Below, one piece after another: positions 37,671-51,402 of a stretch of DNA of 64,000 nucleotides. The position numbers and the translations under genes were made by a program. The stretch comes from Mobula hypostoma (Eukaryota): contig NC_086097.1 of NCBI RefSeq assembly GCF_963921235.1, positions 177,508,001 through 177,572,000 on the forward strand, written 5' to 3'. Below the pieces are notes generated by a model that was given only the letters and a program-made list of their open reading frames with translations, had not been told where the DNA came from and did not search any database. Position 1 is the stretch's first letter, and every line of letters begins with the position of its first letter.

Positions 37671-38589
37671 TTTCTTAAAAAAAAATCTGTTACTTAGAAA
37701 TGATTATCTTTCCTTTTGAGCAGAAAGATCTCTGCACTTGATATGTAAGCAGCGTTTCAATTTGAAAACCATAAACCCCAGTATGCTTAATCTCCCAAAC
37801 CTTTACTGAAATGCAAAGATAATTGTTCACTTCAGTGGGATGTCTTAGTCTATATCCCTTTACTGGCTTCAGATCTCAATTGGAGGATCAGATGGTAGAT
37901 GTCATCCCTGTTTTGTGTTGTTATAATCTCTACACACTCGAGGGACTGACCAGATGCTTCAATGTCCTTTGCTGATGTGTGTTTTAAAGCATAGAACAGT
38001 ACTGTACAGGAACAGGCCCTTTGGCCCACAGTGCCTGTGCTGAACATGATACATCCCTGAACATTTATTTGTCTATCTAATGGCCACTGCTTACACACCA
38101 CCCATCGCTGCCCATTCCAGTTCCCACCACTGTCTGTGTAAAAATAAAATATGCCGCATACATCTTCAAACTTTCCCTCTCTCACATTAAGACGATTCCT
38201 CTGGTGTTAGCCTTTTCTAGTATGGGGAAAAAGATTCTGACCATCTATGCCGTCAGTGCATCTCATAATTATATAAACTTCTATCGGGTCTCCCTTCAGC
38301 TGCAGCTCCAGTGTACACACCCCAAGTATATTCAACCTCTAATCAGAGGTGAGGGTTTGTTTACATAGAATAAAACATAGAACAGTACAGCACAGGACAG
38401 GCCCTTTGCTCCACAGTGTTTCTATTCTCTAATTAGAGGTGGAAGTTGGTTTACTGGGGAGTGAGGGTGAAAATGGTGGCATTCTCCTTGGTGCTGGAAA
38501 GGTTAAGTGGCGATGTGATATCTTGTGCAGTCACTTGGGTTTGAGAATGACTTTACTTCTCTGGATTGGATGTGTGTGGTGAGGTTGTA

Positions 38590-39740
38590 AAGTCGTAGAA
38601 CACTGCAGCACAAAAACAAGTCCTTCAGCCCATCTAGTCCGTGCTGAACTATTAATCTGCCTAGTCCCATCCACTTGCACCCAGACCGTAGTCCCCCATA
38701 CCCCTCCCATCCATGTACCTATCCAAATTTCTCTTAAATGTTGAACTTGAACCTGAACCACTACTTCCGCTGGCAGTTCATTCCACATTCTCACCAGCCT
38801 CTGAGTGACCAAGATCCCTCTCATATTCCCCTAAAGTTCACATTTCACCCTTAACCCATGACCTCTAGTTGTAGTCTTACCCAATCTCAGCGGATGAAGG
38901 CATTTACCCGGTCTAAGCTCCTCATAATTTTGTATACCTTTATCAAATCTCCCCTTATTCTCCTATGCCCTAGGGAATAAATTCCTGAACTATTCAGCCT
39001 TTCCTGATAGCCCAGGTCCTCAAGTCCTGGCAACATCCTTGTAAGTTTTTTTTCTGCACTCTTTCAATCTTCTTTAACTTTCCTGTAGATAGGTGACTCA
39101 AATTAAGCCTCACCAACGTGTTAACACAATTTCAACATAACATCCCAACTCTTGGACACTTGTACTTTGATTTATGGAGGCCAATATGCCAAAAGTGCTT
39201 TTTTATGACGCTATCTACCTGTGACAACACTTTAAGGAATTATAGATTGTATTCCTACTGCATCCTCAGCGTCCTATTGTTCACTGTGTTATTCTGACCC
39301 TGGTTTGTCCTCTCATTGAGCAACACACAACAATTGTCTGCATTAAATTCCATCTGCCATTTTTCAGCCCATTTGTCCATCTGCTCCAGATTCCACTGCG
39401 AACCTTCATAGTCTTCCTCACTGTCCACTGCACAGCAGTCCAGGTGTCATCCACAAATTTGCTGATCCAGTTTACTACATTATTATCCAGATCACTGATA
39501 GAGATGACAACCGACAATGGACCCAGCACCGATCCCTGCAGCACATCTCTATTCACAGGGTTCCAGTCAAAGGTGTAACCATCTACTGCCATTCTGGCTT
39601 CTCACACAAAGCCCATGTCCAATCCAGGTTGCTATCTCATCCTGAATGCCACGTGACTGAACCGTCTTAATCAATTAGAGGCCTTGCTAGAGTCCATGTA
39701 GACAACATCCATTGCCTTTCCTTCATCAACTTTCGTGCTA
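38590..39740 (-). mobile_element. Degraded CR1-like LINE RT and 3' end
   Basis: [42 protein letters not shown]. Confidence 0.8.
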
Positions 39741-40022
39741 ACGTCCTCCAATGTGATCTATCACGCACAAAGCCATAATGATATTTTTAAAAACGTAGAA
39801 TGCAGTAATGCATCTCTTTAGCTGTTTGCCCAAGCAAATCTGACTGGTGTTGGTGGGTTGCAGGATAATCGGGGGGGCATTTGAAGGGATGTGAGAGAAT
39901 AGGGTTTGGAATCTTAATGTTTGCTTTGCCCAAGCAATGCCTGGCACCACACTATTGAAGGATTTATGTAGGATTTGACCAAGATAACCAATGTATTGGT
40001 TCTATTTCTTTCTTACTTGCAG

Positions 40023-40208
40023 TTCTACGGAGAAGTGCCGGAAAACAGGGTTGATGTTATTGTTGCAAACCTCACGGTGACAGACAACGATCTCCCCCAT
40101 AGTCCTGCTTGGAATGCAATCTACAGTATAACTGGCGGTGATGCGACGGGACGATTTGCTGTTCTGACTGACCCCATCAGTAACGATGGCCTGGTGACCG
40201 TTGTCAAG
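40023..40208 (+). CDS. cdh2: N-cadherin exon (exon 9 equivalent), EC3
   Basis: gcag|TTC...AAG|gtgc, 186 nt; [62 protein letters not shown]. Confidence 0.97.
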
Positions 40209-40249
40209 GTGCGTTGCCAGTCTCTTATTTTCTTTAACTTGTAATTTCT

Positions 40250-40610
40250 TTCTCCTCCCCTTCTCTCTTTTTAAATTCTTCATTGTGCTTACCTTGTCAC
40301 CCCCTCTCTTCTCTTCACCTGTCCATGACTTCTCTCTGGTGCCCCTTCCTTCCTTTTATCCATAGCCCACTGTCCTGTCCTACCATATTTCTTCTTCACC
40401 CTTTAACTCTTCCATCGATCATCTCCCAGATTGTTAATTCATCCCCTCCACCTCCTTACTTTGACCCTTCCTTTTCAGTCCTGATGAACCAGTCTACACC
40501 TAAAACGTGCACTGATTATTCTCTTCCATAGATGCTGCCTGCCCTGCTGAGTTCCTCCAGCATTTTGTATGTGTTGCTCTTAATTTCCAGGAGCTGCAAA
40601 ATGTCTTGTG
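40250..40610 (+). mobile_element. Degraded Penelope pLTR remnant
   Basis: Pyrimidine-rich tract, CAGTCCTGATGA (40476-40487), then GATGCTGCCTGCCCTGCTGAGTTCCTCCAGC as in the other pLTRs. Confidence 0.65.
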
Positions 40611-41004
40611 GTTATAAGCAGAGGTTGGGTGCGAATAAATTGGAATTGGTTTATTATTGTTATGGTACTGAGATGCAGTGAAAAGCTTGTCTTAATATTG
40701 TTCATACAAAGCAAATCATTGTCGTACAAGGTAAAACGATAACAGAATCCAGAACATAATTAACAGTTGTAAAGAGTGCAGTGCAGGCAGACACTAAGAT
40801 GCAAGGGCTGAAAAGAGATAGATTGGGATTGGTTTATTATTGTCATGCGTACCAAGATGCAGTGAAAAGCTTGTCTTGCATACTGTTTATGCAGATCAAA
40901 TCATTACAGTGCATTGAGATTTCAATCTGAATACCTCTGATTCAAGATCGTACCAACCTGCGTTTCTATTGCATCTGTCAGGAGCTTCAGATGTTTCAGA
41001 TATA

Positions 41005-41596
41005 CAGGTTTCCCCCGCTATCCGAGTGTAGAGTGTTCCTATGAAACCGTTTATAAGCCGAAATGACGTAAAGCGAAGAAGCAATTACCATTAATTTATA
41101 TGGGAAAAATTTTTGAGTGTTCCCGGACCCAAAAAAACCCTACCAAATCATACCAAACAGCACATAAAACCTAAAATAACACTAACATATAGTAAAAGCA
41201 GGAATGATATGATAAATACACAGCCTATATAAAGTAGGAATTATGTACAGTGTAATTTCACTTAACAGAATCGGGAAGTCTGAGCCAAAGTCGATTTGCC
41301 GAAAAGAAAAAAAAAATCGGCGCGTACATGCACGTGCACGCCACGCATTCACACGTACACGCACGTCATGCATACACACGTACACACATTCGCACGTCAC
41401 GCATGCGCACATGCCTGCCTGCCCAAGGCTTCATGGTCACAGTAGTCTTTCTCAGGGTAAACACAAGTTTTAAAGTGAGCGTCTTTTTCCGTAAAAGCGA
41501 AAATCCTCTTTCGGTTAACGAAATCAGGTACTAATGTAGGTCTTTCATAAAAGCGAAATGTCGTAAAGAGAAGGTTCGGAAAGTGGGGGACACCTG
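41005..41596. mobile_element. Non-autonomous Tigger/pogo-like DNA transposon (MITE)
   Basis: Imperfect TIRs CAGGTTTCCCCCGCTATCCGA / TCGGAAAGTGGGGGACACCTG; TA on the left; repeated subterminal CGTAAA(A)GCGAA; CpG retained. Confidence 0.7.
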
Positions 41597-43244
41597 TCTG
41601 TGTGTGTGTGTATATTATATTACATATTTTTTTGTGTATGTATGGCTAGGGTGCCGAAGATGGCACAATATTATGGTAATTTTAATGTACTGCACTGTAC
41701 TGGCATTTAAAAAAACAACAAATTTCATGTCATATATGAGTGATGATAAACCTGATTCTGATATGGGTCTCTTGTGGGCTGAGAGTGGGAACGTGGCAGA
41801 GAGAGAGTGAGAGCACGTGAGAGAGCAAGAGAAAAGAACAGAAGCGTCAGAAAGACATTCTGTAATGATCAGCAAATCAATTGACCTTTCCTGGTGTCTC
41901 AGGGCTGGGTGTGTCTGCAAACACCCTTGGCACTTCCCTGTTGTCCCACACCCCTCCCACGGTGCTCCGCCCTCACCATTACCAACATCCTTTGCTCCCG
42001 CTAGATTTACAAACTCAGTCTCTGCTCCATATTGACAAATTCAGTACTGTACATCATTGGCTGATTTCCCAAGAAATCTCAGATGTGGACAGGCTATGGG
42101 AGTAGTCAAGAACTTGGAGTGTAATGTTGCCAAAATGTGACATCATTCACTCTGAACCTAACAGCAAAGTACTTTTTTAAGGTGGACAAATTGAGAGATG
42201 TCAATGTTCATTGGGACCTGGGACCCCCTGGCACATGAGTCACTAAAAGCCAACATACATATCAAGCAGCTAATGAGGGAACCAAATGATACTTTGGCTT
42301 TTACTCATACTCAGCTTACTACAATTATTGAGGGCATCACTGAGAGCACATTCAGAAAAAAGTATACTTGTGCTCGAGGAAATATAGCGGTGGTTCATCT
42401 GACTGATTCTAGAGGAGGCAGGTGCACTCTTAAGCAGCAGAACATTGTAGAGTCTAAAAGAATAAGAGGTTTTATTATACCTTATAAAATTCTGCAAGGT
42501 TTGGTCCCTGCAGATGAGCAGAGGTCATTGGGTTCAAAGCAAAGCCCAGTGGATTTGTGATATCTGGTAATAATGCAGGAAAATGGCACTGCGGTTAAAA
42601 TAAAACTGACCATAGTTTTTATGAATTATTGGATTGTCTCCAGAAGGTCAAATAGGCTGGTTTCTGGATCTTGTTCTTGGGGAATTCAGAGAAAACTTCT
42701 TTACCAATAGTATTTAAAGTGAGACTGGACAAGCGTGAAAGGAATACAGAGCATCAGTCACACTGATGGATTAAACCAAGTGAAGACTCCAGACTCCAGT
42801 GGGGGGGTGGGGTGGAGTCCAACATGAATTGGTTGGGCTGAATGGCCTGTTTCAGTGCCATATATCCTACATTATTCCACAATTATGGCAGCTGTTGTAG
42901 TCAGAGATGTGCCTCACTTGTTCGATGGCAAACTCCCAGAGTGAGAGTGACCACATGACCAAGGTGAGGTTGGTTGAAGGATAAATATTGCTCACAGTCA
43001 CCAGGGGGAGCTGTAGGGCAGAACCATTGAATCTCAGTCATTCAAAACCCTGCTGCTCATAAAATAATGGAGCTTCTCAAACCTGCTTCACAATCCAATG
43101 CAGTTATGGCTTATCTTTCTCAGAATCAGATTTATTATCATTCACTTAGATTCTGTGAAATTTGTTGTTTTATTAATTTTTATTTGGAGATGCAGTGTGG
43201 AATAGGCCCTTCCAAACCTTCGAATCGTGCTGCCCAGCAATCCA

Positions 43245-43450
43245 CGACGATCCCAAATTAACTGTAGCCTAATTACAGGACAATTTACAATGACCAATTA
43301 ACCTACTAACTGGTATGCCTTTGGACTGTTGGGAGGAAACCGGAGCACCCGGAGGAAACACACACATTTCAGAGGGAGGACATACAGGGACACATTACAG
43401 AGAACGTCAGGTCTGAAGTCCGTTCAGTAGTGGGGTGGCGCTGACCAGTG
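43245..43450 (-). mobile_element. V-SINE/HE1-like SINE
   Basis: TTTGGACTGTTGGGAGGAAACCGGAGCACCCGGAGGAAAC is the reverse complement of the SINE central domain. Confidence 0.7.
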
Positions 43451-44159
43451 CAATTGTGGTAGCAGTACAGCCCAATGATATAAAATTACTTTATATTACA
43501 AAATAAGTCTTGCAAAAAATGTAACTAACAGAGTATTTATGGTCCATTCAGAAACCTGATATTCCTGAATCATTAAATGTGGGTCTTCAGGCTACTGTAT
43601 CTCCTCACTGATGGTAGTAATGAGAAGAGGACACGTCCTGGGTGTGGAGTGTTCTTAGTGATGGATGCTGCCTTCTTGAGGCATCGCCTCGCGAAGATGC
43701 CCTCGATTGTCCACAGGTTGTGCCCCTGATCGGTAGCTTTGTTTTGTTTTTGGTGGTATACATGTGCACGGTTGAATAACAATAAACTTGAATTTGAACT
43801 TTAAACATTAGTCGTAGTTGCTCCAGACCAAGGTGCACAACACCGTACATATAACTCATACACAAAGTAATATTACCACTAATAAATTAACAAGTAGCAA
43901 GGTGCATTTGCAACAGAAGTTAAAAAAGTAAGCAGGGTAATGCTACGTGGTGAGCCTGGGTGGTGGCAGGGTGTTCTTGCAGCCTGGGGAGGAAGTTGTT
44001 CCCTATACTAACAGTTCTTGTCCTCATGCTATGTCACTTTCTTATGACCCAGATAAAGACATTCTGCCCTTCGAGTTTATGGTAGCTCTTAGTAAAATCA
44101 CACTATCCCATTCACCAGCTGAATTTTGCATATGTCCATGTATGTAGGTTCAAAGGAGG

Positions 44160-44630
44160 TTCTGAAATGATTCCATGATTGAATGGCTTGTCATATGAAG
44201 AGCATTTGATGGCTCTGGGCCTGTCTTCACTTGAATTCAGAAGAATGAGGGGTGACCTCATTGAAACCTGTTAAAAGGTAAAAGGCCTTTATAGAGTGGA
44301 TATGGAGAGGATGTTTCCTGTGGTGGGAAAATCTAAGACCACAGGACACAGCCTTAGAAAAGAGGGGTGTCCTTTTAGAATGGAGCTGAGGAGGAATTTC
44401 TTTAGCCAGAGAGAGGCAAATCTGTGTAATTCTTTGCAACGAGCAGCTGTCTTTACATGTACTTAAGGCAGAGATTGATGGATTTTTGATTGGTCAGGAC
44501 CTGCAGGGTTATGGGGCGAAGGCAGGGGATTGGGGCTGAGAGGAAAATTGGATCATCCATGATGAAATGGCAGAGCAGACTCGATGGGCCAAATGGCCTA
44601 ATTCTCCTCTTGTATCTTATGGTCTTATAT
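44160..44630 (+). mobile_element. CR1-like LINE 3' end
   Basis: GLSYEEHLMALGLSSLEFRRMRGDLIET; CR1-type 3'UTR ending TCTTATGGTCTTAT. Confidence 0.8.
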
Positions 44631-46199
44631 CAGATCATAATAAAATCTCTCTCCATCTGTCTCTCTTTCCTTCATATTCACGTGTCTCTCTGACAGCCTC
44701 TTACACACCACTCTCGTATCTGCTTGCACGCCATCCTGGCAGCCTCTTCCAGGTAACCATACCTCTGCAGTGATGGGGGTTTGAATAGCATCAAACGCAC
44801 AAGGCTGATTTTAAAAACAGCTTGCCAAATATTGCAAAGAGGGAGAGGGGAAACGAGTTCTGTTCATAGGAACCAAAATATGAACGTATATTGGACTGAA
44901 ATTTAACTATCACAGCTTGTTTGTATGTACGGGTGTGTCAGTCCTGTGATTATAACCTGTGGGCTACCTGTTCCTGTTTTACCGCCTCTGATTATCTGAA
45001 GCACAGCAACATTAACTTTTAAAAATGGTCCTTCCAATGCTTCTCCACTCCTTCCCAGCCATAAGCCCCTCATTCACACACCTCCCCTCTGTGCTGTCAA
45101 ATCAATTCCAAAGTGGCTTCTCTGCCATGTGGCTGAGTCCTGCCCCACGCCAGGAAATTAGGAGTCAACCTGTGACAGCGTTGTGCAAAAGATGGAATCC
45201 AGATTTTTGGCTGGTCCTGTTAACTATACCAGTGTGTACCTGGGAAGCACAGTTGTGGGGGGGGGGGGGCAGTGGAAATCTTTTATATATGAACTTGTCA
45301 AGTCTATTTCCACTTTTACTTTGTGTTTCATTAAATATTGACTGTCTTTTTCTGCTCTCTTACCTTCAGTTCCAGAATGAATTGTATCATTTATATGCAT
45401 GACCATTAAATGTAAGCTGTAAAATTGGTAATCATTGCCAAAGTATTCAATTAGTGCAATTAATGACTGTGATGAATATAGTGGACACAGGTGGTGAGAG
45501 ATATAATGAGCAACATTAACAATGAATTTATCTAGCTTCCTGTCTCTGGGATCTTGCTCTGTGACATATCAGCTGCCCATGTTTAAGGGCCGTATAACCT
45601 GTTTCAGAAGGAATGCTACTGTGATGTATAGGCATTTTATGGGCTCTACATCTCTTGGGGGGGGGGGAATACTGGCCCAGAATCCGCCTGCACCTTGGTT
45701 TTGTCGAGACCTACCTGGAATTTCAAGCCACGTTCAAATGAACAGACACCCAACCCAAAAACATTTATGTGTCAATAGACATAACCGTTATTCACTGAGT
45801 GTGTGTGTATTCAAGGTTGTAAGATTATTGCAGTGCTGCCCAAGGCTAGTAGTGACAGAGCCTTCTGTCACATCTACATTTTAAGACTTTTTTAGAACAT
45901 TAAAGGAAATGATGAATGTGTACATTTGATTGAGCGATACAGACCAGGTACTTCTGTCTGTGTACCTATCCATTTATTAAATGTTATTTAAAATTTCACT
46001 CATTATTGCACCTAATTATTGTGCCATTTGTGGAGTTCATCAGTAGTAAAATATTAAATTTATGCCCGGTATAGCAAAGCAAACTTGTTTGAGTATCATT
46101 TATTGTGGAATTAATTTCAGTTGGAGGCTGAACCTCCAGTGGAGGGGATGCTACCTTGTTTGAGGTGCTGTGTGTGCCTGCCTGGCCTCATTGAGGCCT

Positions 46200-48820
46200 A
46201 CAGGATGGAAACAGCTGCCTCAACTCAACTGGTCCATGCCTGCATTTGGCCCATATCCCTCTAAATAGTGTTTATCATAAGGCCTTAAGATAAAGGAGCA
46301 GAAGCAGGCCATTCGGCCCATTGAGTCTGTTCTGCCATTCAGTCATGTGCTGATCCAATTATTCCAGTCATTCCCACTCCCCTTGCCTTCTCCCCATACC
46401 CTTTAATGCCCTGGCTAATCAAGAACCTATCTATCTCTGCCCTAAGTGCACTCAGTGACTTGGACTCTATAGCCACTTGTGGCAACAAATTCAATAGATT
46501 TACCACCCTCTGCCTAAAATAATTTCTCGGCATCTGTGTTTGCAATGGATGTCCTTCAATCCTGAAGTCATGCTCTCTTGTCCTAGACACCCCTACCATG
46601 GGAAATAACTTTGCCATATCTAATCTGTTCAGGCCTTTTAACATTTGGAATGTTTCTGAGATCCCCCTCATTCTCCTGAACTCCAGGGAATACAGCCCAA
46701 GAGCTGCCAGACGTTCCTCATACAGTAACCCTTTCATTCCTGGACCATATACCTATCCATGTACACTTACTCTGGCAGTTCATTCCATTTTCTGATCACA
46801 TTCCTGGTGGAAAAAATTTCCCCTTGGCTCTCTCTTAAACCTCTCCCCTCTTTCCTTAAATCTATGCCCTCTAGTTCTTGATGTGTGTGCAAATCCAGTC
46901 CCCATCGGTACTCTTCCCTTTCACCAGCACCTTTAGGGAATCCTGCACAACTACTCCCAAGTTACTTGGTACCTCAGATTTTTGTATTTTCTCTCCTTTT
47001 GGAAAATAGTCAGTCCTTTTGTTTCTTCTGCCAAAGTGCATGACCATGATCATGCACTTCCCAACACTTTATTCCATCTGCCACTTTGCCCATTCTCCTA
47101 ATCTGTGCAGGTCCTTCTGTAGCCTCTCTACTTCCTCAAAACTACCTGCCCCTCCACCTATCTTCGTATCATCTGCAAACTTTGCAACAAAGCCAACAAT
47201 TCCATCATCCCCACTTCCCTACCTTCTCCCGACACCCTTTGATGCCCCGGCTAATCGTGCACTGACATGCTGTATGAAGAAAAAAAATTGGCCCCAATAT
47301 GGAACACTACTAGTTACCGGCAGCCAACCAGAAAAGGCTCCCTTTATTCCCACTCTTTGCCTCCTGCCTGTTAGCCACTGCTCTGTCCATGCTAGAATCT
47401 TCCCTGTAATACAGTGGGCTCGTAGCTTGTTAGGCAGTCTCATGTGGCACATTGTCAAAGATCTTCTGAAAATCCAAGTTCACAACATCAACTGATTCTC
47501 TTTTGTCTATTCGGCTTGTTATTTATTAATATAATTCTAACAGATTGTATCAGCAAGATTTTCCCTTAAGGAAACCATGCTGACTAAAGCCATTTTATCA
47601 TGTGCCTCCAAGCACCCCGAAACCACATCCTTAACAATCAACTCCAACATCTTCCCAACTACTGAGGTCAGACCTACTAGCCTATAATTTCCTTTTTTCT
47701 GCCTCTCCCTTCTTGAAGAGTAGCATGACATTTGTAATTTTCCAGTCTTCCAGAAATATTCCAGAATCTAGTGATTTGTGAAAGATCATTACTAATGTCT
47801 CCACAATCTCTTCATCCACCTCTTTCAGAACCCTGGGTGTACACCATCTGGTCCAGGTGACTTATCTACCTGTAAACCTTTCAGTTTCTCAACTGCTGAA
47901 GGAACTCAGCAAGTTGAGCAGTATTTGTAGATGCAAAAGGATAGTTAATATTTTGGGTCAAGATCTTACTCAGGCTCCAGATTCTAGCAATTGCAGCCTC
48001 TGTCTCCTGAGCAACTTAATAAAATTTTGATGACATAGTCATAGAGACAAAAGCAAAGAAACAGACCCTTCGACCCATCGTCTGCCAGTGTGGTTTTCTG
48101 TTTAGTCCTATTGACCCGCACCCAGACCATACCCCTTCCATCCATGGACTTCTCCAAACTTCTCTAAATTATTATAATTGAACTCACATCACCAGTTGTG
48201 GAGAGAGCATCTTCCACACTTGTACAATCCTCTGAATAAAGGAGTTCCCACTTGGGTTCCCTAAGTATTTCACCATTCATCATTAAACTATAAATCTCTA
48301 GATATATAGTCTCAACCAACCTCAGTGGAAAAAGCTTACCCCCTTAGTAATTTTGTATAGCTCTATCAAATCTCCTTCATTCTTCTACCCTCCTGGGAGT
48401 AAGGTGCTAAACTATTCAACCATTTCCGGTAACTCAGGCCCTTGAGATCCAGCAGATCCTTGTAATTTTTCCCTCTACTTTTTCAATCTTATTTATCTTT
48501 CTTGTAGGTAGGTGTCTAGAATTGCATCTAAATCTGCCCTTGCCAATGTCTTCAGCATCACATTGCAACTCCGGTACTCAATACTTATGAAGGCCGATGA
48601 GCCAAAATCTCTTGACGATCCTATCTACTCTTGACCTCACTTCCAAGGAATTAGGAATCAGTTTTCCCAGATCTCTTTGTTCTACCATTTGCCCAGTGTC
48701 CTCCTGCTCACTGTGCACCTCCTCCCCTGGGTGATCCTGTCAAAGTGCAACACCTTGCACTTGTCCGCATTCCACTCCATCAGCCATTTTTCCAGCTGGT
48801 CCAGATCCTGTTGCAAACTC
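46200..48820 (-). mobile_element. Stack of nested minus-strand CR1-like fragments
   Basis: LAALGLYSLEFRRMRG (46339-46737), ILAWTEQWLTGRRQRVGI, GNYRLVGLTSVVGKMLE; internal boundaries not resolved. Confidence 0.75.
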
Positions 48821-49156
48821 TGATACTCTGAGTGCTCTTATCAACCTTGTGGGTCAGAGCAAGTCACAGTCAAATAGCACAGAAATGTTCTGCCCAGTCC
48901 ATCTGTGCCAAGTAGATGCCTACTGATATTATTCCTGTTTACCAGCACTTAGTCCATATTTTGCTGAATTTTGGGATTCAGCTGCCTCTCAATGTTATTG
49001 GAGTGTGTTGGGTTCATGGTTTGGAATAAAGCTGTTAGCAATTTGAAATGGTATGTGTTTTTGGTAATCAGTTTACAATTGTCTGATGTACACGGACACA
49101 GTGAAAAGATTCTGTTTGAGTTTCACCCAGACAGATCATTCCATACGTATATAATA

Positions 49157-49705
49157 CACTGAATGGCCACTCTGTTAGGTACCTCCTGTATCTTATAAAG
49201 TGGCCGCCGAATCTACGTTCATGGTCTTCTGTTACTGTAGCCCATCCACCAGTTTTTGACACGCATGTTCAGAGATGCTTTTCTGCACACCGCAGTTGTA
49301 ACTCGTGGTTATTTGAGCTACTGTTGCCTTTCTGTCAGCTCAAACTAGTCTGGCCGTTCTCCTCTGACCTCTCTCAGTAACAAGGCATTTGCACCCACAG
49401 AACTGCCATTCACAGATTTTTACACCATTCTCTGTAAACTCTAGGGGCTGTTGCCCATGAAAATCCCAGCAGATCAGTTTCTGAGATGGTTAAATTGCTT
49501 CGTCTGTCATCAATCATTCCATGGCCAATGTCTCTTAAAATCACATTTCTTCCTTATTCTGATGCTTGGTCTGAACAACAACTGAACCTCTTGACCATGT
49601 CTGCATGGTTTTTATGCATTGAGTTACTGCCACATGATTGGCTGATTATATATTTGCACTAGCGAGCAGGTGTACAAGTGTACCTAATGAAGTGTTCACA
49701 GAATA
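49157..49705 (-). mobile_element. Internally deleted Tc1-like DNA transposon (family distinct from 31057-34437)
   Basis: Decayed TIRs CACTGAATGGCCACTCTGTTAGGTAC / GTACCTAATGAAGTG, TA on the left; minus strand gives a paired-like N-terminal remnant ISETDLLGFS..RVYREWC..ERGQRRTARLV..RKATVAQITT. Confidence 0.7.
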
Positions 49706-50033
49706 TATCACAACATGGTAGTACAGGGGGAAAAAATGCAGAAGTTAGCGTTATAGTCACAGTGAAGGTGCAGTGCAGATGGAAAAATAAAGTAATGCAA
49801 GGGCCAAGAAAAGATAGAGTGAGACAAAGTTTATCTTTATTTTTCATGTCTGATAACAGCAGGGTCGAACCTATACTTGAGTCTGATGGTGCGTCGTTAA
49901 GCTTTTGTGTTTTCTGCTCTGTGTAGAAGGGGTTTTGATTAGGCAGGCTGCTTTCCCAAGGCGCGTAAGCGGAGTCCCTGGGTGGAGGGCCGGTTTGCGG
50001 ATTTTTTTCACCTTTCCCCTTCTTCTCCCACAG

Positions 50034-50287
50034 CCTATTGATTATGAAACCAGCAGAGCCTTTGTGCTGACAGTGATTGTGGAAAATCAAGACCCCCTGA
50101 CAAAAGGCATCCAGCTCCCTCCCCAGTCAACAGCCACCGTCTCCATAAATGTCATTGACGTGAATGAGAGCCCGCAGTTCGTTCCAAACCCGAAGCTGAT
50201 CCGGCAGGAAGAGGGACTTCCGGAGGGCAGGATCCTCACGGTATTCACAGCGGACGACCCGGATCGTTACACGCAACAGACACTGAG
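50034..50287 (+). CDS. cdh2: N-cadherin exon (exon 10 equivalent), EC3/EC4
   Basis: acag|CCT...GAG|gtat, 254 nt; [84 protein letters not shown](R). Confidence 0.97.
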
Positions 50288-51259
50288 GTATAGTGTCTTC
50301 CATCTAACGGTGTGGGATGACACATTGGGCTCTTCTGCCCATCTTGTCTAGATGTGATGGGCTAACTAAGGTTACACCCCCCCCCCCCGAATCCATGCAC
50401 AATTCCCTCACAATTCCAGGGAAACTAGTTCAATCCTGACTGGTGGGGTTTCCATGCTGAGTGGATTTCCCCCAAGTGCCCCGGTTCGTCCCTCATCCTG
50501 AGGCATAAGTTAATAGGCTGCTGTAAATTGCCCTAATGTGTGGGTGGCTGGTCCAATCTGGATGTGGGGAGAATAAAATGGAATTAATTTATTATTGTCA
50601 CTTCTAACAAAATACAGCTGAAGAAATTCTGTTTGCCTGTTATCCTTACTTTGAGGTGGCAAAAAGAAAACAAATGCAGAATTTAGCATTACAGGGAAGT
50701 GCAGTGTGGGGAGACAAATACAGTGCCAAGGTCATGGTGAGGTATGTGATTGAGAGATTGAACTCGTCTTTAGCACAATAGAAGCTGCCCTTGGGCCGGG
50801 TGGTACTTGTTCCCAAGATGTTATATTTCCTGCCTTAGTCGAGGGGGAAGAAGAGAGAATGACTGTGATGGGTGGTGTTTTTGATTATGTTGTCTGCCCT
50901 TAGACAATGGGAAATGTCGGCAGGTTTCTGTGATGGGCTGAACTGTGCCCACACTCTGTGGATTCTTTTGGTCTCAACCAGACAGTTACTGTACCAAGCT
51001 ATGATGCATACAGAGGGTGGGAGGGTCAGTCTGGACTTGATGGACTGAAGGGCCTGTTTCCATGTTCTGTGACTCTGCAGAATGTGCTTTTTTTTTGATC
51101 TGGTGTGAAAATGTGGCGGAGCTGAGTAAGAGGGTGGGACTAACAGATGAGCTAGCATGACTTTGTGGGCAGAAGGGTCTCCATATAGTTTGATTTGTAA
51201 TGCTGTAAGTAACAAGCAGTTTTTAAGAAGCGAATATAAATTTCTTGTTTAAATTTTAG

Positions 51260-51402
51260 ATATTCAAAGTTGTCAGATCCAGCAAACTGGCTAAAAATCG
51301 ATCCCCTACTTGGTCAAATTACTACAATTGCTGAGCTGGATCGAGAGTCTCCGTACGTTAAGGACAATATGTACAACGCAACTTTCCTGGCAGCAGATAG
51401 TG
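51260..51402 (+). CDS. cdh2: N-cadherin exon (exon 11 equivalent), EC4
   Basis: ttag|A...GTG|gtatg, 143 nt; [47 protein letters not shown](G). Confidence 0.97.
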
